A stretch of DNA of 64,000 nt from Podarcis tiliguerta (taxonomy: Eukaryota), in assembly GCA_965153285.1 (NCBI GenBank), contig OZ229111.1; one strand, 5' to 3'. The translations under genes and the position numbers were made by a program. The notes below the pieces were generated by a model that saw only the letters and a list, made by a program, of their open reading frames with translations, was not told the origin of the DNA and ran no database searches. Of the stretch, positions 38,888-52,451 are shown piece by piece (within the stretch, counting starts at the first letter, position 1; every line of letters begins with the position of its first letter).

Positions 38888-39176
38888 GTAAGTGCAGCTC
38901 AAAAATATGGGTGTAGTGTAGTGTAACGCTGAGATTCCTTTACAGCTTTGGAGAGGCATTGCATTCTCCCTGGCTTCAGTGGGCTGTTGCCTCTCTCTCT
39001 GGCATTTTATAGGCCAGCTAAACCCTTGTTGCCACCAGCTGTGCCTTGCATTGGCATTGCTGAAGCATGATCTTATATTTGGGGAGATATTCAAAACCAG
39101 ATGACTCTGCCGCTTGTCTGGCAACTTGCATGTACTTTTTCATAAACTGAAGCTGGTAAATGTGCATACTGTTCTA

Positions 39177-39417
39177 CAGTGGTACCTCGAGTTACAAACA
39201 CCTCAGGTTACAAACGCTTCAGGTTACAAACTCCACTAACCTGCTAGAGTTACCTCGAGCTGAGAACTTTGCCCCAGGATGAGAACGGAAATTGTGTGCC
39301 AGCAGCGCAGCGGCAGCAAGAGGCCCCATTAGCGAAAGCACGCCTCTAGTTAAGAACAGTTTCAGGTTAAGAATGGACCTGCGGAATGAATTAGGGTTGT
39401 AACTAGATGTACCACTG
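39177..39417. mobile_element. Tc1/mariner (Tigger-like) MITE
   Basis: TIRs cagtggtacctcgagttacaa / ttgtaactagatgtaccactg with TA on both sides. Confidence 0.88.
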
Positions 39418-40488
39418 TATACTGTTTCTACAAGCCTATGTGATCCATGCGATGGAGCAGAGAGGGATCTCGGTCACATCTGACTAGAACACTCAGCTAG
39501 GCCCTGGTGTATGGATCAATGTTACGCCAGTGCTGTAAGCAGCTTCAGTGGCCCTAGCACAGTTGCAAAGATGCAGACTGCCCTCTTGTACCACCACCAG
39601 TCCCCTTTTTGGTCACATACCAGTTTATGGGCCGTTTTGCCAATACAGAGGTCTGATCACTACCTGAGTTTTATATTCCTGGCTGAAAACTAGCATTTCT
39701 TTGGAATAGGGCTGATTGTAGTCCCATAATTCAGAACATCAGAATTGCCTTGCACAATCAGCCCAAGATTCCTCTGCTCCAGCATTCTCTTGCCAAGAAG
39801 CAGCCAAGCAGGGCATGAGGATTATGGCTACATTCCACTCTCACTTTGTTCTCAGCTTCTGGTCTGGATACATGTACCACTTCTGAGCAGGGAAGTTCCA
39901 TTTAGCTATCCTGACTTCGAAGGCATCACTCTCAGTTGGCTGCACCCTTTTGGCTAGGTGGGGGTAGGCTGTATTTTAGTAACTTGACATCTTTCTTGGG
40001 GTCCTAAGTTCCTGTTTACAAGGTCCTTTGTAAGTGGAATTCACAGGACCTCTTTTCCTTTTCTTCAGACTGGTGATGCCTGCAAACCCTGCTTTGGACC
40101 AAACCACATACCCCACATGTATGGTGTCAGGTGTAGGGGCAGGTGGGTGTGGCTTGGTCAAAACAGTCTCATGGGCCCATGTTCTAGACATTCTCCACCA
40201 CTGGTCTTCAACCTCCTGGTTGAATCTTGCCAGCAAGATTTTTGCCCCTGAGTGAGCTTTAACGAGGCAGTTAAGGCAAGCTTGGAACCAGAGGAAGCTC
40301 ATTTTCTTTAAACAAATCAACCTGTTAATAAGTATTACAAAATACCAAGTTCTCAATTACACAGTAAGTCTGTTGTGGAGATGAAATGGATGGTGTTGTC
40401 CCAGGGTAGACTCAGTTCAGCACTGCATGCCTGAGAGATTCCTGTCCCACCCCTGAAGCTGACGGAACCTGTTATTTTGTATTTTCAG

Positions 40489-40614
40489 GCACTGTGCAGT
40501 CCAGCCCTGTGACAGTCTCTCCCTCAGGATCCCCTGGAGGCTCCCAATATGACAGTGACTCAGATATGGCTTTCAGCGTGAACAGGTCTTCTTCCGCTTC
40601 TGAGTCATCCCTAG
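40489..40614 (+). CDS. NEURL1B: NEURL1B coding exon 4 (Ser-rich linker)
   Basis: GTVQSSPVTVSPSGSPGGSQYDSDSDMAFSVNRSSSASESSL. Acceptor attttcag, donor CTAG|gtaagg; 126 nt, phase 1-1. Confidence 0.95.
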
Positions 40615-40920
40615 GTAAGGGACCCTTTCGCTTTGTGCCTCCTGCACTCTTGTTGTTTGAATACACACATTTCACCCTGCCCAAAAGTTACGAACCAGAC
40701 CTTACAAGTTGAGTCTTGCTTTGCCTGAACGAGGCGTGTTGCAATTTGCACAGTGTGTGCCGAACTTCCTCTTTCTTCCTGTGACAGAGGAGCGTCCAGA
40801 TTTCCTAAAGCTGCTGTTGGGGTTGTGTTAAGACTTTAATGCAAGCAGATGGAAACCCTGAGAGTAACAAATGTGGTGACACCTGTTGCTGTCTGTAGGA
40901 AATATCTGTTCTATCTTCCT

Positions 40921-41063
40921 GAGGGATGGCTCAGTCGGTAAAGCATGGGACTTTTACATTCAGGGTTGTGGGTTTGAGCCCCACATAGGGCAAAATATTC
41001 CATCCCTGCAGGGGGTTGGTCTAGATGATGCTCATGGTCCCTTCTAACTCTACAATTCTGTGA
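40921..41063 (+). mobile_element. Short tRNA-derived SINE with CR1-like 3' end (Squam3-type)
   Basis: tRNA-Lys-like head (ggctcagtcggtaaagcatgggact...ggtttgagccccac) followed by a CR1-type tail (ggttggtctagatgatgctcatggtcccttctaactctacaattctgtga). Confidence 0.8.
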
Positions 41064-41127
41064 AGCCTAGAGAAACTAAAGCTACTTTAGAAACCTGTCA
41101 CACCCAGAACTCCATGGCATGATAAGT

Positions 41128-41329
41128 AAGAAGAGGAGTTTGGAGTTGATATCCCGCCTTTCACTCCCCTTAATCTCCTTTTCCCTTCTGTGAGGTGAGT
41201 GAGGCTGAGATACTTCGGATAAGTGTGACTAGCCCAAGGTCACCCAGCTGCATGTGGAGGAGCGGGGAAGTGAACCCGGTTCACCAGATTATGAGTCCAC
41301 CGCTCTTAACCACTACACCACGGTGGCTC
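41128..41329 (-). mobile_element. CORE/MIR-like squamate SINE (Squam2-type), internally deleted
   Basis: A box gtggtgtagtggttaagagc on -; CORE motif gtgactagcccaaggtcacccag; (TTC)-like tail. Confidence 0.8.
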
Positions 41330-42385
41330 CCAAGAGTAGATGCCCCACTTTACCTGAACAGGAAAACCATTGCATGGCAGCCTGTTCTAGGTGAAGGGGA
41401 GCAAGGTGCTGGCCCAGTGCTACCACAGAGCCATTGTTTGTCTATCTCAAGGGTGGGGAATCTTTGGTGGATGCCAACTCTCATCAGCCCCAGCAGGCAT
41501 GGCCAATGAATGGGAATGATGGAAATGGTCATGAGTCCAACATCAGGAGGGCCACAGGTTCCTCAGACCTGGTCTGTTCCCACAGTGGTTTCATGAACTG
41601 CTCCAGAAGGGGCTCCTTTGGTTGGGGTCATATGGTCCCCATGTGACATTCGTAACAAGAAATGACCTTGTGTATGAAGAGCTGTCCTATGCTATGGCTG
41701 TAACATGTGGTTTTTGCAGAACCAGGGTAAATAGAACATGAAATGCAATACAAAATCATTTGTATTAAAAAACAACCCAAAATTCAACTGTCACTCCACA
41801 TGGTGCTACTGAAATCCTGCAAGGATTAAAGTTCCTAATGATGAGTGAAATATGGACTTCACAACCACTGAACCACAGCTGGATGAAAGCCAATACTGCT
41901 TAATCTATCATCATGAGCTACTCTGCTCCAGAAATATTAAGAGCTGGTAAAACATCCTTTGCTGGTTCAAATCTCATGCTATAGGATTCTATTAATGGAG
42001 CTTTAGAATACAAAGTATATGATTGAAAACAATTTCTTAGTACTTTTATTTATTGAAATCTCTGACCATACAAATATTAACGCCAGGTAGCTATGAACAG
42101 CCCCAAATCCCATTCATTAAATGCAGAGCTGCTGTACCGGTTACTGTAAATAATTTTTAAAGAAGCTAGCTTGTTTCTGTGATAAGTTTTAATATGAAAT
42201 TCACCTGAATATTCTGCTATGCACTTTAGAAATGGACTTTTAAAGAAAGTACCCCACACCTTGCAAATGCCGTATTTGGAAAGTTGCTGCAGCCGGCGTG
42301 ACTGCCAGGCAGCGAAACGGAATGGATAAGTGGTTGCTGCAACAGCCACAGCAGTGACAAATCATGATAGACAAAGTCTATCTAG

Positions 42386-42411
42386 CAGCACCCCCTGCAA
42401 GTCATACTGCA
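42386..42411 (-). promoter_or_regulatory. Candidate CTCF site with upstream TGCAGT motif
   Basis: The - strand reads TGCAGTATGACTTGCAGGGGGTGCTG; the 5' part of the core deviates from consensus. Confidence 0.4.
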
Positions 42412-42729
42412 TGTCTTTGATCTTTAAAAACCTCCTAAATGACAACTGTTTGAAACTGTAGTTTTTATGGATGTGGAAACAGACTTGATAGAGGTTTTAC
42501 TTCCCACAAAGGGTATATATGCAAACATTTCTTGAGTTCTGCTGTTCCCTCTCTGTGTCAAAGTGTTGCTGGTTTTAAAACATCCCCCAAACCTTTTTGT
42601 TCATAGCACTTTTGTCTAAAGCAAGCAACCCTTTGCGTTCCCCATTTTTCTTTGCAGCCTGACATAAGAGGCTCAGATTAAAGGGAAGTGGTTCTGACTC
42701 GAGGTTTCTCTGTTCCCCATTCTTTGCAG

Positions 42730-42974
42730 TGACTGCTCCAAGTTCACCTCTGAGCCCTCCAGTGTCTCCCGTGTTCCCACCTCCGGAGCCGTCAAGCAGC
42801 AAGAATGGCGAGTGCACCGTTTGCTTTGACAACGAGGTGGACGTGGTGATCTATACCTGTGGACACATGTGCCTCTGCAACACCTGTGGTCTTAAGCTGA
42901 AGAAACAACTCAATGCCTGCTGCCCAATCTGCCGACGGGTCATCAAAGACATTATTAAAATCTACCGCCCTTAA
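42730..42974 (+). CDS. NEURL1B: NEURL1B last coding exon (C3HC4 RING finger, stop TAA)
   Basis: [21 protein letters not shown]...[54 protein letters not shown]. Acceptor tctttgcag at 42729. Confidence 0.97.
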
Positions 42975-45900
42975 ACCCCATCTCCAGCCGTCCTGAGGGT
43001 GTGTGTGGAGGGGGCGAGGGGGCAGGAGGAAGAATGTTGTTACTCATTGCCACAACGTACCGTCACCGCTTATGGGTTATTGTGCTGGTTACAGAGTGGC
43101 TCTTTTGTCTATATTTCCGTGTTTTGACCAGTAGGAACCAATCAGGGATAATTAAGTGATCTGGGAAACACTCTGGTCCTTGTAGATGCCGAAGGTACAG
43201 CTGCTGAGTGGGAAGAGCTTCATCAAGATGCTGCTCTGCTGGGTTAAGGTAGGGGTAGGGGGCTGAGCTGTAAGTACCTTTGCCATGAGGAGTCTCTCTC
43301 CACCCAGCAAAAGAAAATAACATAAAATAGACAGTGAACCCCACTTGGGCGGAAAGTACTGGAGAAAACAATTGTTTGAATTAATAATAATTCTGGGCAC
43401 CTCCCCCCACCATAATCATGGGATATTTACTGAATTAGGCAGTTTAATTACTGAAACAGCACTCAGGCAATTTCAAACAAGGAGGAATATATGGGGTAGA
43501 TTTAACAGAGGCACTGTGGAGTGAAATGACTCCTGTCATCTTGTAAAAATAGTGGGGAATAGGCAATGGATGACATTTGCTTCCTTCAAGGCACTTTTTC
43601 TCATTTATGGTTCAACAGGGGAAGCAGGTATGAGGAATAGTGAAGAAAAAGCTATCGACGTCCTTGGAACACAGCAAGTAAACAACCCCACTTTCCTCCT
43701 TTGTAAGTCACAGATTGAAGCTTCCTGTTGCACTGAGCAACTGTGAAGCACTTCTGTAGCTGGAGAGTGTTAACGTATTGGTAGGAGTAAGCCTCTGCAT
43801 GCACAAGAGAAGCAGCTGCATGGTGGTTCTGAATCGTCACAGCTAGTAACCATGCTTAGAACCAAGCTACAAAGAAAGAAAGCTGATGGGGACTGTTAGG
43901 TTTCAAACGTCCAGAGTTCCCTCTCTAGAAATTGGTGCAAACAGCTGATGGATGTTTTCCTCTATTACTCCCCAGAGATTTTGTCAGTAAAGTATGCAGC
44001 CATGTGGAATCTCTCATTTCTTCCTCTCCAGGAAGTTGTCATCTACTCCACAATAGAGGCATCTTACTGAAATTTAAAAGCCCTTTTCTTGGCATTGTTT
44101 GTTGGAAAAAGAATTTGCAAGCTATTATTAGATGCTCCGGCTTTTAAGATAAATGCATTTTTATTGTGGTTATAGGAACCTCTGAACTCTACACTAGCCT
44201 GAATGGGATGTGAAATGTCTTGGGGCTTTAGGGGAGAGGTGCCATGCAAGCAATAAAGCAACTTTGCTTGACCTATCTGCCGATTCTCTTTCCTTGCTCA
44301 GTCTTTGTGTGGCAGCATCCTACTACAGTGCACACAACTGTAGTTGCCCATAGGCAACCTGTCCCATTGCCATCTAAAAGCAGTAGAATTTATTCAGAGC
44401 AGGCTTTTTGCTGCTTCCACCTCAATAGAGGCATTCCATTCCATTGTGCAACAGATGCTCTAAAGCTGTAATCCTGATGTTTTATCTGATTTATGATGAG
44501 ATCCTAGGATCTACTGTGGTGGAGCAGCTTGTAGGTCTTTCCAGGGCAGAAATGCTTACTTGTGACCCTTGGGAGCCTGCTAGGAGCCATTCTCAGCCCC
44601 AATATATGGCTGCATTCTTTTCCATAAAACAGCTATTCTGAGCCTATGGGGCCCTTCTAGCAGGAAGAAGGCAGTTTTCCTTTTGGACAGCATACTTTGA
44701 TATGCTGCGCTGTCCATAAGGGAAATGTAAGCCAGTGCAAATTTGTGCCATAAATGACAAGGCATGTGGATCCCTTAGTGGGGAAAATAATACATAGTTT
44801 AAGGTGGAAGACAGCAATGGCTTTAGAGGGACAAATTATGTTTAAGGAATACGGAGTGCTTTGTAGACAAAAATGTGTGGACTAAGCTTCTCATAGTCCT
44901 TTGAGCAACATGGTAGCTGTACCTCACTGGGTAGCTGAGCCTCTTTTCTCCTCTGTCTTTAGTTTAAATACTTTTCTAACCTTTAGCTTCTGGCAAAGTT
45001 GCTGCACTAGCATCGTTTGTAGGCTGCACTGGAAGCCAGTGAATGCCAATGACACAATCCTAGCAGTCTTAAATTGCCACTGGCTACAGTTACATATTGC
45101 ATAAGGAAAGGCATCAAACAAGTCAGATGAGTTTCCGTTTTCTTTAAGGTGCAGATAATATCTTTGTCAACAGGAAAGCCTGTTTCTTTTCCATTTTAGA
45201 GTGGTTTGGGACAACACTGTGGTGCATGATGACTTCCAGTAACTTTACAATAGTTTTGAGTATCCTAATTACCATACGGAAATGTGAAGGGCAGCGAGGT
45301 TAGTTTAAAAATGCCATCAGTTACTCTATAAACAACTTTTGCCTACATGGAATGCAACTGCTTTGGGATGAGATAAGTAACTGAGGCCTCCTAAAACCAA
45401 ACAGGAGTCCTAGTCAGTGATTAAGAATCTCCATGAGTATTTACATTTAATTTTTGCACTGCCAGCTGTAGTCTATAACCATGGAGGAGACCATTAATAA
45501 TGCAGATAATGCTATAACTGCATAACACGGGAGGCATTGTGCAAGCAGCATTGTTAAAGCAAGTAACACTGCCCCATCACAAGATGGTTCCAGGTTGTTG
45601 CATCCACCTTAAAGAGTGGATCTTTGCATTTCTTGACCTCCACCATCAGCTTTTGCTGGTGTGAGCTTCTGACCCTGTTGTGCGTGTTAATGATGGGCAG
45701 CTGAAAAGTTTAGGGGGCAGAGGAGATGTGATGCATGAATTGAGAAAGGGAGCAGATTTAACTTGGGCTACTAGTTGCACAATAATATGTTAAAAAGCAG
45801 AGAGAAAGGCAAAGCCACTCAGCTGATTGCAATTATTTAATCACCTGCTAAGTTAATTGCCATTGTTGGCACTGCTGTCAAGCTCTGTGCACGAAAGGCA

Positions 45901-47500
45901 GATCCTCCAAAAGTTATTTTTCACCATCCAGCTGTCTTGCTATTTGCCGTTAATACTTCATAGAGATACTTGTGTAAAGCAAAACTTCTTACCTTACTAT
46001 GAAGCTGAGTCAAGCCAGCAACATGGAAGGGGCTGCCCACTTAGTGACATGTGTTCCAAGGGGGATCTTTCCGCTCACTCTATTTCAGGTGCTGCTAGTT
46101 GCGCATGACCACAGTGCCAGATGTTTGCCGGGGAAAAGGCATGATTATATTCCTAGCATCTCAATTCCATCCTCAATTCCATCCTGCTTACCTAAGATGC
46201 CACTGAGCGACATAACTATGAATCAGAGTTAATTTGAATGAAATTTATTTGCCGTAGCTGCCATCACTGCAGCTAGAGTTAAGCTTACCAGAAAGAAGTC
46301 AACAAATTTATATTTTTTGCAGATGTAATTCTAAGGAAGGGTGACAATTTTAGTAGTCAGTGGGTTTGCTTTCTGGGTGCTGATCAGTACTGATCACTAC
46401 CTTCCATTCTACTCCCAACTCCCTGTGTAACTTGGGGTTGGATTGTTCCCATCCCCTTTCTGGTGTCATAGCAAAGCGCCCCTGAGCATTGCCCTTAGAT
46501 ACCCTTGGGCTAGAACTAGTTTCCAAACAGCAAGCCTATACACCGCATACACCTGACAGTAAGTCCCATTAGTCTCAACGGAGCTTACTTCTGCATTGAC
46601 AAGTTGTGCTACAAGCGATCTTGGAAAGGTGTGCCTTTTTACTTTACTAGCTTCCAACTGCAGTGGTATTTTGAAAAGAAATTTGTAGACCTATGATAGT
46701 TCAAAATAAGTGGAGGAAAGGACACGTGGTGTTTAATCTTTTCTGTTGGGAACAGACTGCCCAAAAGGAGCAGCATCTGACATGGGCTTTATTAGGCAGA
46801 GTTAAGTCCACAGCCTAAGCGTTGCTGTGAAGCAAGCTGGGGAAGCAGCGTTAATGGACATGCAGCTTTACTTATTCCAGTCTCACAAGGAATTCTCAAA
46901 CTCTGACAGACAACTTTTAGGAAGTAGAGGCTATTTAGCAACTTGTTCTTGCTATTGCTTTTTTTGTTTTGTTTTGAGAAAAGTATCTGTTCAGAAGATC
47001 TGTTTGTGCCTTATAAGGTGTCTGTGCACTTTTTATCCTTTTTAATGCTACTTTTAAAAATGGAGCGAGAAAAAGACCCTAATAGATGGTTGGTAGTTTT
47101 TATAGAATTTTATGTGTTCACCAAGAACTTTGCTCTTTTTTTATATTGGAGTGAAAATTTTATGTTTTAATTGAAACTTTGCTGCCGTCCTCCTCCCCAT
47201 CTCCTCTTTGTATAAAAGCTTTTTAAAAAGTTTTGAGATTTCTGAAACTTCTTGATATTTTTCTGGTTCATGACAGTGATCTGTATATCACATTCTCAAA
47301 CAAGCCAGATTTTAATCTCTCTGTAATAGAACTTTCAATGTAGATTCTTTGGGGAGGGAAGTTTGCACTTCTCTACATGTTAATACTCTCTAGCATTGTG
47401 ATCTGTAGTGTGTGTGTGTATGTTTTTTATTTTGTTCTGTTTTACATTAATATAAAATTTTACCTGTTTTATGAAACAAATAAAATGTTGGCTTGTAAAA
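42975..47500 (+). other. NEURL1B: Probable NEURL1B 3' UTR (~4.5 kb)
   Basis: Follows the stop codon; the distal ~550 nt are strongly U-rich and end at a canonical AATAAA. The end point is inferred, not demonstrated. Confidence 0.6.
47479..47484 (+). terminator. Candidate NEURL1B polyadenylation signal AATAAA
   Basis: gaaacaAATAAAatgttggcttgtaaaa at the end of a U-rich tract containing several TGTA elements. Confidence 0.6.
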
Positions 47501-49852
47501 TATTCCCACCGGCCTGAAGTGGAAAAAATGGTAAAAGCAGAGAGCATGTCTGTTATAGGCTTTAGAAGCAGCTCCTTGCAACCTGAAACTTCTTTGATGG
47601 CTCTTGCCCAGACCTTTCACCTTCAATAAACAGGGATTTGCTGCTTAAGTTTGCCTGCACCTGTAGTACCCTTTGTTGCCTCTGGTAAAAATCCAATCTA
47701 TATGCAGGACTACCACTGGTCCTGTTGTTAAGGTGACTTGTTAAAAGTTGGGGTGAAAATGAGAACAAATCAAAAGATCAATGGATCCTGGCCAGCATTC
47801 AGATGACCATGCCTCATGACTTTTGCCTGTTCATGTGAGCTGTGGTTAAACCAGGAAGCCACAAATGAAACTGTTTACCATTTTTGTCCAAACTGGAACA
47901 ATATGGTTACCTGCTTTAGACCAACCCAGCATCTGGGTTGAAGCTGATTTGAGATCCTTGATGTTTAGGAGACTTCCTAGTTTAACCACAGCTCGCACAA
48001 AGGGACTCCATACAGATTCAATGGGCTCATTTATATCAGATCACTGTGTAAATTTTGCAAAGAAGTCAATGATCAAGTTGTCAAGTGGTGTTCATAGTTT
48101 GAATTACATTCTGTGAAAGGGCCTCTCTCTGCACACTAAGGTAATTTTGACCATGAATTACTACATACCAACTATAGAAACTAACCGTAAGTATAAGAGT
48201 GACAGGTTTCCTTCTGTCTTTACAAGCCTATGTTACTAGGCTAAGCCTTGCAAAGAAAAGCTTTTTTTGGGGGGGGGGAGATAATTATCAGAATGAGGGA
48301 TTGTTGTGGATCTGCATACACAACCATCTGTTTTTGAACGAAATGGGATATGAATGACACACAGTAGCCTGCTAATAAACTGACTACTGGGAAATGTACA
48401 CAGGCTGTACCTGAGAAGGGTGATAAGCAAAATGTTGGCTAGTGTTCAATATCTGAAATTTGTGAAGTAACCCATACTGCTTCGTGTCACCAATGCAGAG
48501 TAAACCACCTTTTCACTCTACTCTCACGCACAAAGGTGTTATGTGCAAAGCCAGTATGGAAAATTAGCAGGAGTTAGCCCCAAAAGGGGATCCAACATAT
48601 CCTCCAAACTCAATGTTTATTTACCATGTCAACTACGAGAGCTGAAAAGACTATTCTGGTTCCACCACTCCAAAGTACACTAACAAGAGTGACTTTACCA
48701 CTTGTATCACAACACTCTGCTCCTGCGCAAGAGTCCTCACTCCTCTACATATGACACAGACAGTGGGGCCACAGACACTAACAATATCAGAATGCAAGAC
48801 AGCTAGCCTTTTTTTAAAAAAAGAGAAGCTATCAATTCAGCATCTTTCAACTCTAAAAGGAGTCATGGTCCCTTGCCTACCTGTAGCTGTCGGCAAATCC
48901 TCCCAGGCTTACGTTAAGCTAGGTTGTCACATCATTTTCCATTTCACTGTAGATAATTTGACAGATTCTAATGCTTGTGACATGGAAGGATGGCGAGAGG
49001 CCCTGGAAGGTTACAAAAAGCATACAGTAGAGACAACTCCCAAACCATTTTTGCTTGACATTCAGTCACTTCAATAACTGGGCACCGTCTCTTTGCATTA
49101 GCATATTTCTTGCAAAGAGTGAAAATACTAAGACTTAACTGTAACATCTTAGGCTAACTAATTACCTGAAGGTGCAAAAGGTTTTTAATTGATAATACTT
49201 TTCTGTCCTTGAGTTAATAAGGACAGAATTATATACCACTTGGTTGTAATAAAACCTCCAGGCAGTTTCCAAGAAATATTAAAGTTATCAATAAAAAGCA
49301 GTTAAAAACAACTGAAAAGTCAGCAGACAAAAAACATGTCAACATTTAAGCAACCCTATCAGGACACGTAAACAATCAGGCCCTGAAAGCAGGATACCAT
49401 CTTAGATGCTAATATCAGAGGAGATTGCTCATAAGAATGTAACACGAGTTCTGTGTACACTTGTGCTGCCTTATATCCCATTAACTGAAGCATAGAATTG
49501 CTACTCACATGGTCACCTCTGCCAAAATGAATTTTCACAAATTCGCCATGCTGTCTATTACTGGGTTTATACACTTTTCAGACATTAAGCTAATCATGGA
49601 AGGCTTCCACTTTAAGAGCAGTTATGTGTGGAAACAAGTGAGACGCGCGACTTGGACTTCCTGTACATATTTCAACAACTCTTGGGAGCAAATAAAAGAC
49701 CAATGATGGGCAAGCAACCAGAAAAAGTGTGTCTCTGTCACAATTAATGTAATTGAGAACACGGCTTGAAAAGCACAATACTTCCATCATTTCCATCCCA
49801 CTGTGCTGTTGCTCATTTAGGTGGCCCTTCCAGGTCTTAGTTTCTCAGAGAG

Positions 49853-49873
49853 AAACAAACAAACAAACAAACA
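49853..49873. repeat. (AAAC)n microsatellite
   Basis: About 5 units. Confidence 0.9.
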
Positions 49874-52189
49874 ATGGAAGTAAATAATCTAAAACCACTT
49901 CTAATGCAACCTGCTTGGTTATTTGGACACAAGCATGGAAGTTAATGCTGTCTGGAAATGGTAGATGCATTTGAATTTCAGTTTAATTATTATAACAGGT
50001 CAAAGTCCCAAGTTGCTGCCAAGAACCTTCTCTTTATCAGGGCTCCAGGGAATTCTGGGTGTGGTGCAATCTGCTCCATGTTCCTCTCCATTGGGAAGGA
50101 AGCCAGTGTTGAGACTTGATGGGTTTTTGGGTTATTAACACCGTAAGGTTGGCTGCCACCCACAGTGCAGCTTGGACTACAGTGAACAGAATACAGTGGC
50201 TCCCCATCAGTCAATTCAAGCCCAAGATACTTCCTTGCCATGTGCTTTGCTGTCTGTCAAGCCCAAGCACAATTTAGGAACAAGGCAAAAGTGAGAGACA
50301 TTCAACCAAGTAAAATTTGCAACTGGAGTGCTAGGACAACTGAAGGTGGGGGTTGGTATGGGAAGCCATCCTGCAGTCAGTTGATAATACTAGCCCTCTG
50401 GTCTTCACCATGACTTTTACCTCATATACTACAATAAGAAGCCTTTATCTCCTACAATACAACATGGGTCTGGGCTGCTAAATGCCAAGTAGCACTGCCA
50501 TTCCTTTGGCTCCTAACAGCACAAGGGCAGGATTGTTGAGAGTCAGGCACCCCATACGTAATTATAACCAAGCCTTAAGGCACATGCAAAACTACTCAGC
50601 TTTCTGCATTTCCATTTCTGCTACGTTGCTTCTGAGTAATTTATCAGGGACTAACTGAAGAGATCAAAGGCAGCAGCTGAAGGCCAGAAATTCACTTCCA
50701 CCGCTGCCTCTAGCTAACAGGTGCTACTCGACAGTTACAAGGCTTAATGCAATGGGGGAAACAAGATTTGGGTAATTGCATTAATAGCACCACATAGTGG
50801 TCATTTGAAGCTCAGAACTGCACTAAACAAGGCTAGAAGCAGGTCATATCATAAGCACAAAAGGGGCTCCTTATCTTTCCCTCCTGGAACTCGAAACTGT
50901 TGCTCCTTTCTTACTGTTGGTAAGTCCAGAATGTTAGGTCCTGGAGCGATGTGCAAAACAAAGTGATCCCCACTGAATGACTTAACTTCTCTTGGAAGCC
51001 GCACAAGCTTTTGATCTGTGCACAAATTTCTAAAGTAGTATATGAGAGACTTCGTTTTTTTCCAAACAAGCATGTAATTTAATAGCTCAGCAACAGGGGG
51101 ACTACTCCATGGGATGGCAAATTTAACAAGCAATATAGCCTAGGAGGATGACTCTGAGGAGCTGGGTGAATAGGCTTAGTACTTACCCCTGAATTCATCT
51201 CCCTGTTCTTGAGGTTGGCCTGGAGCAAAGATACTGGATGCCACTGTTGCAGGAACATCTAGACTCCAGCTATAGGCCTTATGACAACCCTCCCTACTGC
51301 TTGCCTTCCTGCAAAATGATATTAAGTGGCACAACATTCTTTTTCTGTTCTATACTGCATTGTTTATTGGGCAAATAAACTGGAAAATCTATCTACATAC
51401 ATACATAGGTGTAAGTGAGAAATGCAGCAAAATGTAGAGTTAAGATGCTCCATTCTCTTTTTCTCCCTGCCCCTACCCCAAAGCAGCACATCAACACTCC
51501 ATGCCCAGTTAGATGCCCCGTCTTCATTGGATGATTCTGAGTTCTACCCCCTCCCACACACAATGGATGGGATTCGCCTAATAAGTACTGTCAGCACAAG
51601 TCTTGCATGAGGGCTTCCGTTGGCACACACTGGCTCAGAAGGGACATTTGCCATAGCATGACATTGAATTCTACCCTATAGCAATCCCTCCCCGAAAGGG
51701 GTGGGGTATTTTGGCACACCTTCATATGATCACAGCACTGGCACAATAGATTGACTTGCCATCCCCCCCTAGCTGTAGAACCATCCTTGCCCTCACTGCT
51801 GTGCTCTGAGTGAGACCTTGAAGCTGAGATAGCCACAGAAATGGCCTCCACCAACACTGCTTTGACCATGACAATGCCTCACGCTAAGGAAGGACCCTTG
51901 CCTCAGAATAAGGAGTGGTGCGCCCATAGTGGCGTATGGAAGGCCACTGATGCTCCAATAAACTGCTGGAGAGCCACCTGCTGCTTCGCTGCAGCAGCTG
52001 CACTCCATGCCTGGGTGTGGGGGAGCAGCCCAGGATAAGCTGGGAACAGCAGCAGGAGCAAGGGACCATTGCAGCTGAGCAGCAGCTGCAGACAGGCCAG
52101 CAGCTGCCCAGCCACTCTACGCATGGCAGGCAGAGGTGGATGGTGTAGTTTGCTACCCCTGATGCTGTACATTGACCCCACATTTTCAC

Positions 52190-52320
52190 TGAACTTCCCA
52201 GCAGTGTCACCACCCATGGATAATCCCATCCATATGTACTACGAAGTTAGGAATGTTGTTGCATACTCACCCAGTTTGGACAAACACTTTTGGAGCTCTT
52301 TGCAGTCCAGTTGAGATCCT
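52190..52320 (-). mobile_element. CR1 RT fragment
   Basis: ctcacccagtttggacaaacacttttggagctctt reads ELQKCLSKLGE on -, typical of CR1 RT. Confidence 0.5.
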
Positions 52321-52445
52321 TTGATGCCATCCACACATGTGACCGCTTCACAATTCCTCGCTGCAGGTAATTTATGAACAAAGAGGACCTTATGGGACAC
52401 CACAGCTTACTACCTTTCATTGTGAAAACTTTGGGTGAAGGACTT

Positions 52446-52451
52446 TTTATT
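52446..52451 (-). terminator. Candidate SH3PXD2B polyadenylation signal AATAAA
   Basis: TTTATT on + at the boundary between UTR-like sequence and CR1-like intergenic repeat. Confidence 0.5.

Noticed and set aside
40921-40990. tRNA-Lys-like sequence
   Set aside because: Degenerate stems and continuation into a CR1-type tail show it is a SINE head, not a tRNA gene.
51422-52314. Cluster of overlapping short ORFs in the intergenic region
   Set aside because: GC-richer, low-complexity repeat-like sequence next to a CR1 fragment; no domain or splice structure.
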